From the NCBI GenBank assembly GCA_023205875.1, contig CP060766.1, positions 1 through 64,000 of the forward strand: a stretch of 64,000 bases of DNA. The letters are read 5' to 3'. The notes under the pieces are model-generated. The model did no database searches and had not been told where the DNA came from. It saw only the letters and a list, made by a program, of their open reading frames with translations. A program made the position numbers and the translations under genes. Origin of the DNA: Chloropicon primus. Its lineage: Eukaryota. Shown here piece by piece: positions 10,691-21,697 of the stretch. Position 1 is the stretch's first letter, and each line of letters opens with the position of its first letter.

Positions 10691-11368
10691 ATGCAGAGGA
10701 CAGACGACCTTATGGATGCTGTGGAGAACTTGCAGCCGGAAGAGTTGGACCCCTCTCTGGCGGATGGGTACTACGTCTTTTATGAGCGGGAGGTGCCGTT
10801 CGAGCTCAGGGTGAGCGAGGCGGCCGAGATGCCCCAGGAGGTCGGTGCCCTGGAGGCCATAAGGGTCAAGATTCTCCTCAAGGGGGAGCAGCAGCAGCCT
10901 GACGCCCTCCGGGTAGAGCTCACGAGCGAGACCAATTTGTTCTTCCACTACGTGCACGAGCTGACGGAGGCCTCCTTCCACGACCTTCAGGAGGGCCAGA
11001 AGCTGATGGTGGAGTTCTCCGAGTACTCGTCCGTTCTCCTCCGCATGCTTAACAACTGTATAAAAGAACCCCACACGCACTTGGCGGTGTTCATCATGCA
11101 CGACTCGGGGGAGGCCCGGCTCGACTTCATACAGAACATGGAGTACAAGTTCGTGGAGCTCCTGAGTTGCAGGTTTGGGCAGTCCTCCGAGGAGGAGATC
11201 AGAAGCCAAATCACGTACCGATACAATGTGGTCAAGTCCAGGCTGGCCCTGATGCAGGCAAGACTGGCCGACGTTAACGCCTTGGTGAAGATTAAGAACC
11301 CAAGCCTCCTGCTGCAGCTGCAGAGGACTCCTGCTCGGTCGCCTTACACCAAGAGGATCCTCGGATGA
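10691..11368 (+). CDS. SAS6L: SAS6-like protein: SAS-6 head domain with only a short coiled coil
   Basis: RVELTSETNLFFHY...FHDLQEGQKLMVEFSEY...FIQNMEYKFVELLS matches the SAS-6 N-terminal pattern. At 225 aa it lacks the long coiled coil of canonical SAS-6. Confidence 0.8.
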   Translation: MQRTDDLMDAVENLQPEELDPSLADGYYVFYEREVPFELRVSEAAEMPQEVGALEAIRVKILLKGEQQQPDALRVELTSETNLFFHYVHELTEASFHDLQEGQKLMVEFSEYSSVLLRMLNNCIKEPHTHLAVFIMHDSGEARLDFIQNMEYKFVELLSCRFGQSSEEEIRSQITYRYNVVKSRLALMQARLADVNALVKIKNPSLLLQLQRTPARSPYTKRILG

Positions 11369-11407
11369 CGAGGAAGAGGAGAGGAGAGAAGAAAGCAAAG
11401 GCGGCGA

Positions 11408-11438
<31 letters not shown>

Positions 11439-11691
11439 AAGAGAGAAGGAGAGGGAGGGGATAGAACATCATCACGAGGAAAGCTTCCACGGGAATGGCG
11501 AGCTTTCCGTGTATTCGTGCACAACAACACACAACGCACACCACACACACACACAGAATATTTTTTATTAACCAGAAATTACTCTTCTTTGTTATGACAA
11601 GTCTTCTCGTGCACCGCTCTCCGTCGTCGTGCGTGCATGCTTGTTGCTTGCTTGCTTGTCCGTGCTTGTTTATTCTATTCTATACTCCTCG

Positions 11692-13066
11692 TCAAGGGGT
11701 CGCCTTCTCCGGCGTCTTGTTGTCTCCGACTTGAGTGATGACGTAGTCCCCTGGTCGAAAGTAGTCTAAGGCTTGGTTGTTGTCCGCAGACCGCCTAATC
11801 GGTGTCGTGCGCTTCTTCAGGGAGAAGCCAGGGCTGCTCACGTACTTCTCAGCAATGAAACTCCGGATGTCCCCCACGGTCGTAGAGGGGTACACGGGCA
11901 CCGTGCCCAGGAGCTGGGCCTCGCCAATCTCGCCGTTGTACACTGCAAGGCAGGGATAGGGAGACACTCTCCAGCGTTGTGAGTCGTCGTCGTCGTCGTC
12001 GTCGTTGTCGTTGTCGTTGTCGTTGTCTGTCTGCGTCCCAGGCAGGACCAGGAGCTTGGAGGCGTTTGGGGGGAGTGCGAAAGTGGAGAGAAGTGTGTAG
12101 TCTATATTATCACATACCTGGGAGCTCCCTCTGCAGGGAGGAGAGGTCCAATTCATCACCCAGGACGTCCTCGGCCTGGTTCCCGATGCCGTTGGTGCTA
12201 ATTTTTTCTCCCATTCCCAACAGGAGCCTCGCGAGCTGCTTCCTCTCCTCGTCGTAGTGCTTCCTTTCTCTGACGAGCTTCCACTTCTGCTGGACGAGCT
12301 CCTCCCTAATCTTCTCCACCTCGACCTCTTGGTCCCTCACCTTGGCCTTCTCGGCGTCCAGCTTCTGCGTCGCCTCGTTCCTCATCCTCTCGAACTCCTC
12401 GACGGCGCTGGTCAGCTCGCCCCTCTCCGTCGTCAGCTCCGCGAGGATGCCGCTCCTGGTGGACTCAAAGGTGTCCTTGTCCTTCTCGAGCCTCGAGTGC
12501 TCCGTCTGGAGCTCGGCCATGGTCTCGTCTCTCGTCTGCTGGAACCTGAGCCTCTCCTCCTCGAGAGCCCTCCTGTCGGCCTCGTTGGCCTCCAAGTTCC
12601 TCTCCAGCTCGGACTGGGCGGCGCTCCTGTAGTTCTCGAACTCGCTCCTCTCCTCCTCGAGCTGCAAGGCAATCTTCTCGAGCTCGCTCTCCTTGACGCC
12701 CTTCTCCCTCACGAACTCCTGGATCTCTAACGTGAGCGCCCCGCGCTCCTCCTGCAAGGACTTCTCGCTCGCCTGCCTGCTCTCCTCGAAGCCCTTCTTC
12801 TCCACCTCGAGCTCCTCGCGGTAGGTCTCCATCTGCTGCAGGGCCTCCGTGCGGAAGGCCTCGAACTCGTTCTTCTCCTGGTCGAGCTCGTTACGACTCT
12901 GCTCGATCTTCATGGCCTCCTCCCTCGTCGCCGCCTTGAGGTTGTTGAGCTCCTCATTCAGCTTGTCCACCTCGGCCTTGGCCTCCACGTGCCTGTCCGC
13001 CAGCGTCTGCACGTCCTCCCGAAGGGACCTGTACAGGGTGTCCACCTTCTCCAGCGTCGGATGCAT
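11692..13066 (-). CDS. Coiled-coil protein with a small globular, possibly ubiquitin-like, C-terminal domain; exons 12118-13066 and 11692-11942
   Basis: E/K/R-rich heptad region. The GTATGT...TTGCAG intron (11943-12117) joins two ORF-track ORFs in frame (RELPVYNGEIG). Confidence 0.7.
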
Positions 13067-13586
13067 CCTTTCCGAGTCTCTTTCTCTCTCTCTCTCTGTG
13101 TGTCTGTGTCTGTGTGTGTTGTGTGTTGCGTGTGTGTGTGTCTGTGTCTGTGTGTGTGCCTGTGTCTGTGTCTGTGTCTGTGTCTGTGTCTGTGTGTGTC
13201 CCAAGACGCCTTGCCTTGCCACACCGAATGGAATAGAATGGAATAGAACGGAATGGAGTTCCTACCCAAGGGAGTACTTGAAAGGAATTGTCTTCTTCCT
13301 CTTCCACCAGGAAACCAAACCAAACCAAACCAAAGCAGAGGAAAGGAAAGGAAAGGAAAGGAAAGCAAAGCAGAGGAGTTGTGTTGTGTTGTTGTTGTTG
13401 TTGTTGTGTTCTTGTGTCCTCCTGGTATCTTGGGTTGACTTTAGGTTTCAGGATATATATGAGTGTAAATATCATACACTCATATAACAACACAAAACAC
13501 TTTGACTCCAAAAAACGACAGACAGAGACGGCCAGGAACAACAACAAACACGACGCATCACCAGCACCAACACCACGACCACGACC

Positions 13587-13619
<33 letters not shown>

Positions 13620-14017
13620 TTGGCATACACTTCATTTCATTTTTATGCGGTTTGGTTTGGTTTCGTTCGTTGCGTCTTGTTGTATCCATCACCCCCACCC
13701 CTGAGGAGGAGGGGAACGAGGAGGAGGGGAACGAGGAGGAGGGGAACAACAACAACAAAAACAAAAACAACTATCACGAGGACAACAACCACGACGAGGA
13801 GGACGGTCAGGAGGACGGCATCCGCTCCGTTCCATTCCGTTCCATTCCATTCGTCTCGTATCGTCTTGTCTTGTCTTGTCGTATCGGGTATCGGGTATCG
13901 GGTTTGGGAGGAGGGGAACGAGGAGGGAGGGAGGGCGTGGGCTTGGCGAGTGGGAGGGAAGGACATCGGTCTGTCGGTCCTCGGTCTGTCGGTCCTTGGT
14001 CTGTCGGTCTGTGGAGG

Positions 14018-15376
14018 ATGACGAGCAGCGGGAACGGGCCGAGGGGGACGGAAGACAAGGCCTCGTCGGAGAGGAAGAGGAAGCAGAGGGCGAGGGAGGA
14101 AGATGGGAGGGAACACGAACAACGAGGAGGGGCCAAGGCGAGGAAAATCGAGTGGTGCGTCTGCCACGCGGTGCACAGGGTGCCGGGGTGGTGCTTCTGC
14201 GACATGGAGGGGGAAGACCAACGCAGGTTCCTCCGGGAGAAGAGGAGGGTGGCGGGGGAGGAAGAGGAGAGAAAGAGACAGAAGAGACAGAGACAGGGGT
14301 TCGGAGGGGGGGGCGCCTGGACGACGACCCAAACGAATCGTGGCTTCGAGATCTCCTTCGACTTGAGGCAGGGGAGGTGGACCCGGCGACGAGGAATGAG
14401 TCCAAGAACTCCCGCGGCGACAACGCAGGTGAGTGAGAAAGGAAACACACGAGCGAGCACACAAGCACGCAGAGATGCTGGGCCGGTGGCCCGAGGGCAA
14501 GAAAAGTTAAAGGCTGACCCCTGCTCCCTTCTTCTCTTGTCGCTCTTCTTGACCGCGCTCAAGGAGCACTCACCGCCCCGGTGCGGGAGCGCGACCCTGT
14601 CCAGCTTGTTCGCGGGGGGACTGCCCTGCGCCGACCTCGATGGTCCGGAGGCGCGAAGGGGGTCTCCGCCCCGCCCGAGGGTGCGGCGCAACCTGCAGGA
14701 TGACTTCGAGAGATCCCTTCTGGCCCTGCCAGCAGTGTCCTGGGGCAGCGACAACAGCGCGGCGGGGGAGGAGGAGAGCTCCACGAGCGCCGCCGACGAT
14801 GATGCGGAGTCAGCGTCATCGTCGTCGTCGTCGGAGGAGGAGGTGAGAATCCGAATCGGAAGGAGTGGAGCCGCCATGCAGGCACTGACCGAGAACCTTT
14901 GCTTTCCTGGAAACCAGGGGAGCGACGCGTCGTGCGCCTCGAAGGGGAGGAGAGCAGTGGATTTCAGGACGGAGATGCCCTGGCATTACTGGAGGTGCCG
15001 GGGTTGCGGGAAGAAGCTTCCCGACGGCCACGTGGTAAGTGAACACACGAAGAACGGGCGTTGCGGTCTGTGATTTCTCCCACTCCGCGTCGCTCGCATC
15101 ACTGCAGAAACGCCCCCGGACGCTCCCCCCTAACGCTAACGCCCGTTCCCTTCCCCCCTCGTCGTCTGAACACCATCGAAGAATTGCGTTGGCGAGGTCC
15201 TCAGGCGGTTCGATTTGTGCTCCAAGTTCGGTCCCTGCCTCGGCATCACTCGACACGACAGGTGGCTGCGAGCCTTCGGCCTGGGCCTCGATCCCCCTCG
15301 CGCCGTCTTGGACATCCTGGAGGAGACCCTCCACCCCGAGGTCGTACACGTTGGGGTGTGGGATCAACAACAGTAA
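14018..15376 (+). CDS. POLD4: Protein with a C-terminal DNA polymerase delta subunit 4 (p12/Cdm1) domain; exons 14018-14428, 14564-15034, 15182-15376
   Basis: The last exon, absent from the ORF track, reads NCVGEVLRRFDLCSKFGPCLGITRHDRWLRAFGLGLDPP. This matches the p12 motif LRxFDL-x3-GPCxGITRxxRWxRAxxxGLxPP. Donors are GTGAGT and GTAAGT, branch sites CTGAC and CTAAC. Confidence 0.8.
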
Positions 15377-15886
15377 CAACAACGCTTAAACATTGGTTTC
15401 GTTTGCCGTGGATGTTTGTTGCATTATTTTTTTACAAGAAAGGGATCCCTGGCGGCTGCGATCGTGCATTCTCGACCTGCCACCGAACAGCCAAACTTTC
15501 ACTTGACCCCCGCCCCTGCCCCCCAGGACAATGCTGATTCTGTTGCTGGTGCTGGTGCTGGTGCTTTTACTCGTTCTGATGGTGGTATTGGTCCTGGTGC
15601 TGGTGCATCTTCCTCCCCCTCCCCCTCCCCCTCATGACATGCTCTCCTTCCCCTCCTCCCTTCTCCTTCCTCCTTCTCCTGATCCTGATCCGATCCTGCT
15701 CGGCCGACGTGTTGCTTATCTTAGGACGTGGCGGTTGGCTTAGGAGAGGGCGGAAGGGTCAGCACGACGAGAGCGGACGAGAACCTTTGACAACCTCCGA
15801 GTGACCACAACACCGCAACAACGAACAAAAAAAACGAAACAACGGGGAGGAGGACGGCGTTCGTTTCGTTTCGTTTGAGTGACTCG

Positions 15887-17257
15887 ATGAAGGGAGCGAG
15901 GTTGGTGCGACGGAGTTCGAGGACGAGGACCACCGCGCACGCCACCACCACCACCGCCACCAGGAGGGGGATTGAGAGAGGGTCAGGGCCAGCGCAGGCG
16001 AACAAAGGAAGCTTGGGCTTGCGCAGGAGCGTGGGAGCGGCGAACCCGCACCAGGCTAGGCTCTTGCGCTTGTGCGCCGTCGCGGAACCCACGGGAGAGA
16101 AGGAGAACAAGGAGCAAGCGGTTGCGAACGTCGCGGCGTCGGAGGAGGCGGGCAAGCCTGCGAGGAAGAAGAAGCCGGCCAAGGCGAAGAAGGAGAAGAA
16201 GGAGCCGTGGCCCCTCACCAGGTACAGCAACCCCGTGAGCACGACTGGGAAGACGCACTACAACGTGATACACCGCTCCCAGTGGCCCACCGGAGTTCCG
16301 AGCGTGATGGGGGGGCACATGATGCCGAGCGGGGAGGTCGCCCCGGTGGCCACGTCTCCTTCGGCCATCAAGGACATCTACGACGCGACGCAGACGCAGT
16401 ACGTGCACCCGTTCCACTACTACGAGGAGGAGAGGGTGGACGGCACCAGGGAGAACTCCTCGGTGAACGTTCACAACAACAAGGCCTCGCTGTCCGCGAG
16501 CGTCTGCGACGAGTTCGCCTCCAAGGCCAAGGAGTCCATCGCGGCCACGGGCAAGTTCACCGTCGCGCTTTCCGGCGGCAGCCTCATCCAGATGCTGGAG
16601 GGCCTCAAGGAGCGCAAGCAGGAGGTGGACTGGTCGAAGGTGTACGTCTTCTGGGTGGACGAGAGGCTCTGCGACCTGAGCGACAAGGACAGCAACGCGG
16701 GGGCCGCCAAGGCGGCTTTCTTAGACGACCTGGGCATCCCGGAGGGCAACCACCACACCATTGATGGGTCCCTCCCCGTGGACCAGGCCGCGAGGGCGTA
16801 CGAGGGGAAGATGCTCCAGCTCTCCCAGGAGGTCCTTCCGAGGACGGAGGACAATCTCCCGGTGCTGGACTTGGTCGTGCTCGGCATGGGACCCGACGCG
16901 CACGTGGCCTCCCTGTTCCCGAACAGGCAGGAGCTCGCGGAGAACCCAAAGCAGTGGGTCCTCCCCGTCAGCAACTCTCCCAAACCGCCCTCGGAGAGGA
17001 TCACGATGACCATGGACGTCATCAACAGCGCAAGGCAAGTCATGCTCGTGGCCGCGGGCAAGGGGAAGGCGGAGGTCGTGCAGAGGGTGTTGGAGCACCA
17101 GTCCCTCCCCGGGGCACTGCCGGCTCAGCTTGTCATGCCAAAGCAAGGCAAACTGGTGTGGCTCCTCGACGCGGAGTCCGCCTCGGAGATCTCTCCCACC
17201 ACTTGGGACGACAACAAGGCGTGGCCAAGAAACAATGTCCCTAAACCAAGCACGTAG
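15887..17257 (+). CDS. PGL: 6-phosphogluconolactonase, probably plastid-targeted
   Basis: FTVALSGGSL, FWVDER, LGMGPDAHVASLFP, SPKPPSERITMT, plus an R/S/T/A-rich transit-like N-terminus. Confidence 0.93.
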   Translation: MKGARLVRRSSRTRTTAHATTTTATRRGIERGSGPAQANKGSLGLRRSVGAANPHQARLLRLCAVAEPTGEKENKEQAVANVAASEEAGKPARKKKPAKAKKEKKEPWPLTRYSNPVSTTGKTHYNVIHRSQWPTGVPSVMGGHMMPSGEVAPVATSPSAIKDIYDATQTQYVHPFHYYEEERVDGTRENSSVNVHNNKASLSASVCDEFASKAKESIAATGKFTVALSGGSLIQMLEGLKERKQEVDWSKVYVFWVDERLCDLSDKDSNAGAAKAAFLDDLGIPEGNHHTIDGSLPVDQAARAYEGKMLQLSQEVLPRTEDNLPVLDLVVLGMGPDAHVASLFPNRQELAENPKQWVLPVSNSPKPPSERITMTMDVINSARQVMLVAAGKGKAEVVQRVLEHQSLPGALPAQLVMPKQGKLVWLLDAESASEISPTTWDDNKAWPRNNVPKPST

Positions 17258-17385
17258 CACATGATCCACGTTATAATATCAAAATGTTCACTACCTTTGG
17301 GCGCCTCCTCTCTTGCTTCTTGTGGTTTCCCCCGAAAAAAATACATTACAAGCACACACACACACACACACACAAGTTTCACTCC

Positions 17386-18231
17386 TCAGCAGTACATGGC
17401 GGACGTGTGCTTGTTGAGGTTGGCGGCAAAGTACTCTCGCATCGTTTCCTCCGCCAGCTGCTCTAGCTTCGCGAGGTCCACCCAGGAACCCGACCCAAGG
17501 ATTTGTTTGAGGAGCGGGCCAAAGGCCTTTGCCGCGGTATCGACGCAGGATTGAGTCACCACGCTCTTCGTGTGCACGACGCCGATGGGGAAGTATCCAA
17601 CCTTCTCCGGGAGGAGGGGCCTGACCTCCGCCATGACCTGGGCACACAGGCCCTCCGCGAGATCCTCCCTGGTGCTGACCTCGGCCTCGTCCAGGAAGGG
17701 CGTCTTCTTCTCCGTGATCACCTCCGTCAAGCCGCCCAGGTCCTCCTCCGCCACTTGGTGCTGCCTCGAGATCTCGAAACCCAGGTTGCTCTCCTGCACG
17801 TCCTCCACGAGGTACAACTTCTTGGGCTTGAAGTGCTCGAGGAGAAGGTCGAACCACCGCTTGACCCTTTCCTCGCTCCTCGGCAAGGGCTTGGAGCACA
17901 GCACCAGCACGGGCCCTCCACTGCAAAAGTAAATCTCGTCCTCGGCCTGCCCCCCATCCCCGAAGGCAACCTTCCCAATGAGACCACCTCCGCTCGTGGA
18001 GGCGTGCTTGAGCAGTGCGGAGACCACGGCTGAACAGCTGACCACCATGTCGTGCCCTACTCCCGCCTGCACCTGCACCACGTCGTCCTCCCCGGGCACA
18101 CTGTCCTCAAGAACCAAACGAGGGGAGTATGGCACCTGGTTCTCCCAAAACTCATCGATCACGGGACGGTCCTCCGCCTTCAACTCCCAGTCCGTCAAGG
18201 TATCGCCGTACGCTGGCCGAGGCTCCGCCAT
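17386..18231 (-). CDS. Putative proteasome assembly chaperone 1 (PAC1/PSMG1-like)
   Basis: 281-aa ORF with an acidic N-terminus and a C-terminal HbYX-type end (SAMYC). Size fits PAC1; the assignment is inference. Confidence 0.45.
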   Translation of the reverse strand: MAEPRPAYGDTLTDWELKAEDRPVIDEFWENQVPYSPRLVLEDSVPGEDDVVQVQAGVGHDMVVSCSAVVSALLKHASTSGGGLIGKVAFGDGGQAEDEIYFCSGGPVLVLCSKPLPRSEERVKRWFDLLLEHFKPKKLYLVEDVQESNLGFEISRQHQVAEEDLGGLTEVITEKKTPFLDEAEVSTREDLAEGLCAQVMAEVRPLLPEKVGYFPIGVVHTKSVVTQSCVDTAAKAFGPLLKQILGSGSWVDLAKLEQLAEETMREYFAANLNKHTSAMYC

Positions 18232-18620
18232 CCCCCCCCCTCTCTCTCTCCCTCTCTGTGATCAATACAATACCCTAGCGCAAGCACAAGCCAGGCGTCT
18301 GCAGCTGCCGTCTCCTCCCTCCCTCTGCTGCTGCTGATGGCGGGAAACGAAGCGGAAGAGGAACGAGATGGCGGGAACGGAGCAGGGGGAGGAGGAGGAG
18401 GAGGGGAGGGGTGGGGAGGGTGTGCCCTTGGCATTGTCATCGACAAGGGTGGGGCGGGGACAATGCCATTACCATTACCATTGCCATTGCCATTGCCATT
18501 GCCATCCTCGGGAAAGGAAAAGTCTGCTGGACAATCGGCTCATCAGACCTATTTTGCTATTTTGTGGTTGGATGGATACATGGATGGATGGATGGGATAC
18601 CGTAACGGGCTTGACTTGAC

Positions 18621-19740
18621 TCAGGAGAATACTTTAGGAAAGAGCATCGGGACACGCTTCATGTAATCCGAGTAACCGGCACGCTTCCTCTTGGAGTAAT
18701 ACTCGGCAGGGATCGCGCCTGCGTCAAGGGGAGAGAGAGACAGAGACAGTTAGAAGCCGTGTGGGAAAGCGTGTCAGCTGGAGAGCGCAATGGATCGGGC
18801 GAGGAAGAGTGCAAGAGAGGATCCGATCGATCGATTTCTTTTGGTTGCGGTTGTGCTGATTGACTCCCTTACCTGTCCACCAAGTGAGGCACGCGTGCAT
18901 CAGGAGGGGAACGCTCGCGAGGCCGACTCCCCAGAGCATCTTGGAGACCGGGTGCTCCTCCCTCTTGGTCAAGACGGCGCTGGCCGCCGGGAGAGCGAGA
19001 AGAGTGAGCGAGCACCACGCACCGAGCTCCCCGAGGTAGTTCGGATGTCGACTCAGGCTCCACAGGCCCGTGCTGATGAACTGCGGCATGGAGTTCGGGT
19101 CCTTCTTCCTCTTCTGGACGAAGGCCGCCTTTTGCATGTCGCTGACGTGCTCGAACGAGAAGGAGCACAGCCACAGCACGAGGGCGGACGCCTCCACCAG
19201 ACCCATCGCCCCATCCTTCTCCTCGTCAGAGGATCCATGGAGGATCAAGGCGCCGGGGACCGCGAGGGCGCCCACGTTCGCGAGGCACTGGGCAAAGATG
19301 TCGGCGTGCTGCTTGAGAGCGAACCTCCACGTTCCCGGAGATATCCCCTTCCACCGCTTCTCGTACTGGTACTTGTACCTCGGCAGGTCCTTCCTAAAGT
19401 GTCCCTTCCTCGCCAGGGCCACCGCACCCAACATGAGCCTCCCTCCCTGGAGGATGTACATCAAAGCCGCCAGCTTCCCCTTCCGGCTTCCCTTGCCCGC
19501 GGCCCTGGCAGCCACCTGCGTCCCCAGTGCCACCAACCCCGTGGGCCACGCCAGGTCCACCCAAGACATCACGCCAGTCACCGCGCAGGGCGTGTGTGCG
19601 AGGGAGAAGAAGAGCAAAACCTGGATCCATGCGTTGTTGTGAAGGAACTGCCTCGTGTTCCGGTCTCGACTGCAGTGCAGGGCAGCGAGCGCCACCCACG
19701 GAAGGTACTTGATCACCCCACGAGGTCCTCCTCCGCCCAT
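18621..19740 (-). CDS. DUF1295 / steroid 5-alpha-reductase-like membrane protein; exons 18873-19740 and 18621-18718
   Basis: SWVDLAWP, DLPRY, DMQKAAF, GLWSLSRHPNYLGE. The GTAAGG...GCAG intron gives the C-terminus TGAIPAEYYSKRKRAGYSDYMKRVPMLFP. Confidence 0.88.
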
Positions 19741-20285
19741 GATACAGGATGATACACCACGATGACGACGACAACGACGACGAGGACGACTCGATTACTC
19801 GTCCTCTAATCTATGAGGATGAGGATGAGGATGAGGATGAGGATGGTATTGATATTGATATTGATGGTGGTGTGTGTGTTTGTGTTATTTGATCCGATCC
19901 GATCCTTGTTGTTTGTTTTTGTTCTCCTCCCTTCCAATCCCCATGAAGCCGAAGCCAGTTGCTCCCCTCCCTCCCCTCCCCAATGAAGCCCAAGCCCAAG
20001 CCAAGCGCGTGCTCCTCGCTCGAGCCGTTTGTTCCGTTCGTGGGGTGTCGTTGTGGTTGTCGTTGTCGTTGTCGTTGTCCTTGGCATTGAATAAGGTAAT
20101 GCATCCTCCTCTCGTCCTCCCTCTCGCTCCTGTCCTGTGTTCTCCTGGAGCGAGCCGCCATTCAAGAGAGAAAGCCCCACGAGGAGGAGCATTCGACGGA
20201 GACACCGCGGCGACCGAGAACAACACAAACAACAACCGAGAACAACACACGACAACAACCGAGAACAACACACGAGAACAACACC

Positions 20286-21068
20286 ATGCCAAACCCAACT
20301 GTGTTCTTTGACATGACCCTCGGAGGTTCCCCTGCCGGAAGGATTGAGATGGAGGTAAGAACAACAAACAAACAAACACACACCAACGAGGATGATCTGA
20401 GAAGAGCCTAGAGCAAACACAACACACAACACAGGGGGAGACCGAGGAAAAGAAAAAGAAAAAGAAAACAAAACAAAAAAAAACAACTGACAAGTGTGTC
20501 TCTTCTGTGTCTGTGTGTGTCCTCCTTGGCTTCCTTGCTTGCCCGTTGTCTCTGGTGTTTCCCCCATGATGGTGGTGGACGAATTCCATTCCATTCCATT
20601 CCCAACGCGTGGTGGTAGCTTTTCAGCGACGTGGTTCCTAAGACTGCGGAGAACTTCCGTGCGTTGTGCACCGGAGAGAAGGGAGTCGGAAAGTCCGGAA
20701 AGCCTTTGCACTACAAGGGATCGAGCTTCCACCGTGTCATCCCACAGTTCATGTGCCAGGGAGGAGACTTCACAGCCGGAAACGGCACGGGGGGTGAGTC
20801 CATCTACGGAATGAAGTTCGAGGACGAGAACTTCAACCTCAAGCACACCGGACCAGGAACTCTCTCCATGGCCAACGCCGGAAAGAACACCAACGGATCC
20901 CAGTTCTTCATCTGCACCGCCGCCACCCCATGGTTGGACGGAGCCCACTGCGTCTTCGGAAAGGTCACCAAGGGCATGGACGTCGTCAGAAACATCGAGA
21001 AGGTCGGATCCCAGGGAGGTGCCACCTCCAAGAAGGTCGTCGTCGCCGACTGCGGACAGCTCTCCTAA
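20286..21068 (+). CDS. Cyclophilin A-type peptidyl-prolyl isomerase; exons 20286-20354 and 20619-21068
   Basis: [10 protein letters not shown]...[59 protein letters not shown]...TAG intron. Confidence 0.97.
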
Positions 21069-21240
21069 ATAAATAACGTGGGGGGTCTCGTGACCCACAC
21101 CTTGTTTTTTTCTTTTTCCCCAATTACAATGAATGGAATGTTGTTCCTCTGTTCAGTGAAGCGAGGTCCCCTTGCCGCGCTCAACCCCCCCTCTCTTTCT
21201 CTGCGTGCGTGTGCGTATGTGTGTGCTGGCGATCCCTCCC

Positions 21241-21660
21241 CATTGTCGTCCCCACCAACCTCACCCTTGTCGATGATGGCAGACACCCCTCTCTTGCCTG
21301 AGCTGAGCTGATTCCCCCGTTCGCTTCTCGATCCCAGCAGACCTCCCAAGGAGGAGGACGGCATTATCCCCGGCCTTGCCCATGATAATGCCAAGGACGC
21401 ATCCTCGTCCTCCTCCTCCTGGTCTCCTCCTCCTCCCCCTCATCATCATCATCATTCCCTTCCTCCTGGTCTTTGGCCGGATGCCAGCAGACTTTTTTCT
21501 GTGTTTGCGAGGATGGCATTATCCCCCGCCCTTGTCCATGACAATCCCACGGATAAGGGTGCCGATGTCAATGCCAAGGACACATCCCCTCCTCCTCCTC
21601 CCCCTCCTCCTCCTCGTCCTCCTGGTCTTGGCCGACCAGCAGACTTTTTCCTTTTTCTGC
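21241..21660 (+). repeat. Degenerate ~150-bp tandem element containing a GGCATTRTC...GAYAATGCC hairpin; related copy at 18420-18530 (-)
   Basis: CCAGCAGAC at 21334, 21484 and 21636. Shared CCTTGYCSATGAYAATGCCAAGG core. Confidence 0.75.
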
Positions 21661-21697
21661 AGCACAGCCGTCGGTGAGAGCGAGAGAGGAGGATGAG

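Noticed and set aside
20388..20415. Box C/D-like words (GATGAT, CTGA) in the cyclophilin intron
   Set aside because: The boxes are adjacent, leaving no room for a guide sequence, and there is no terminal stem.
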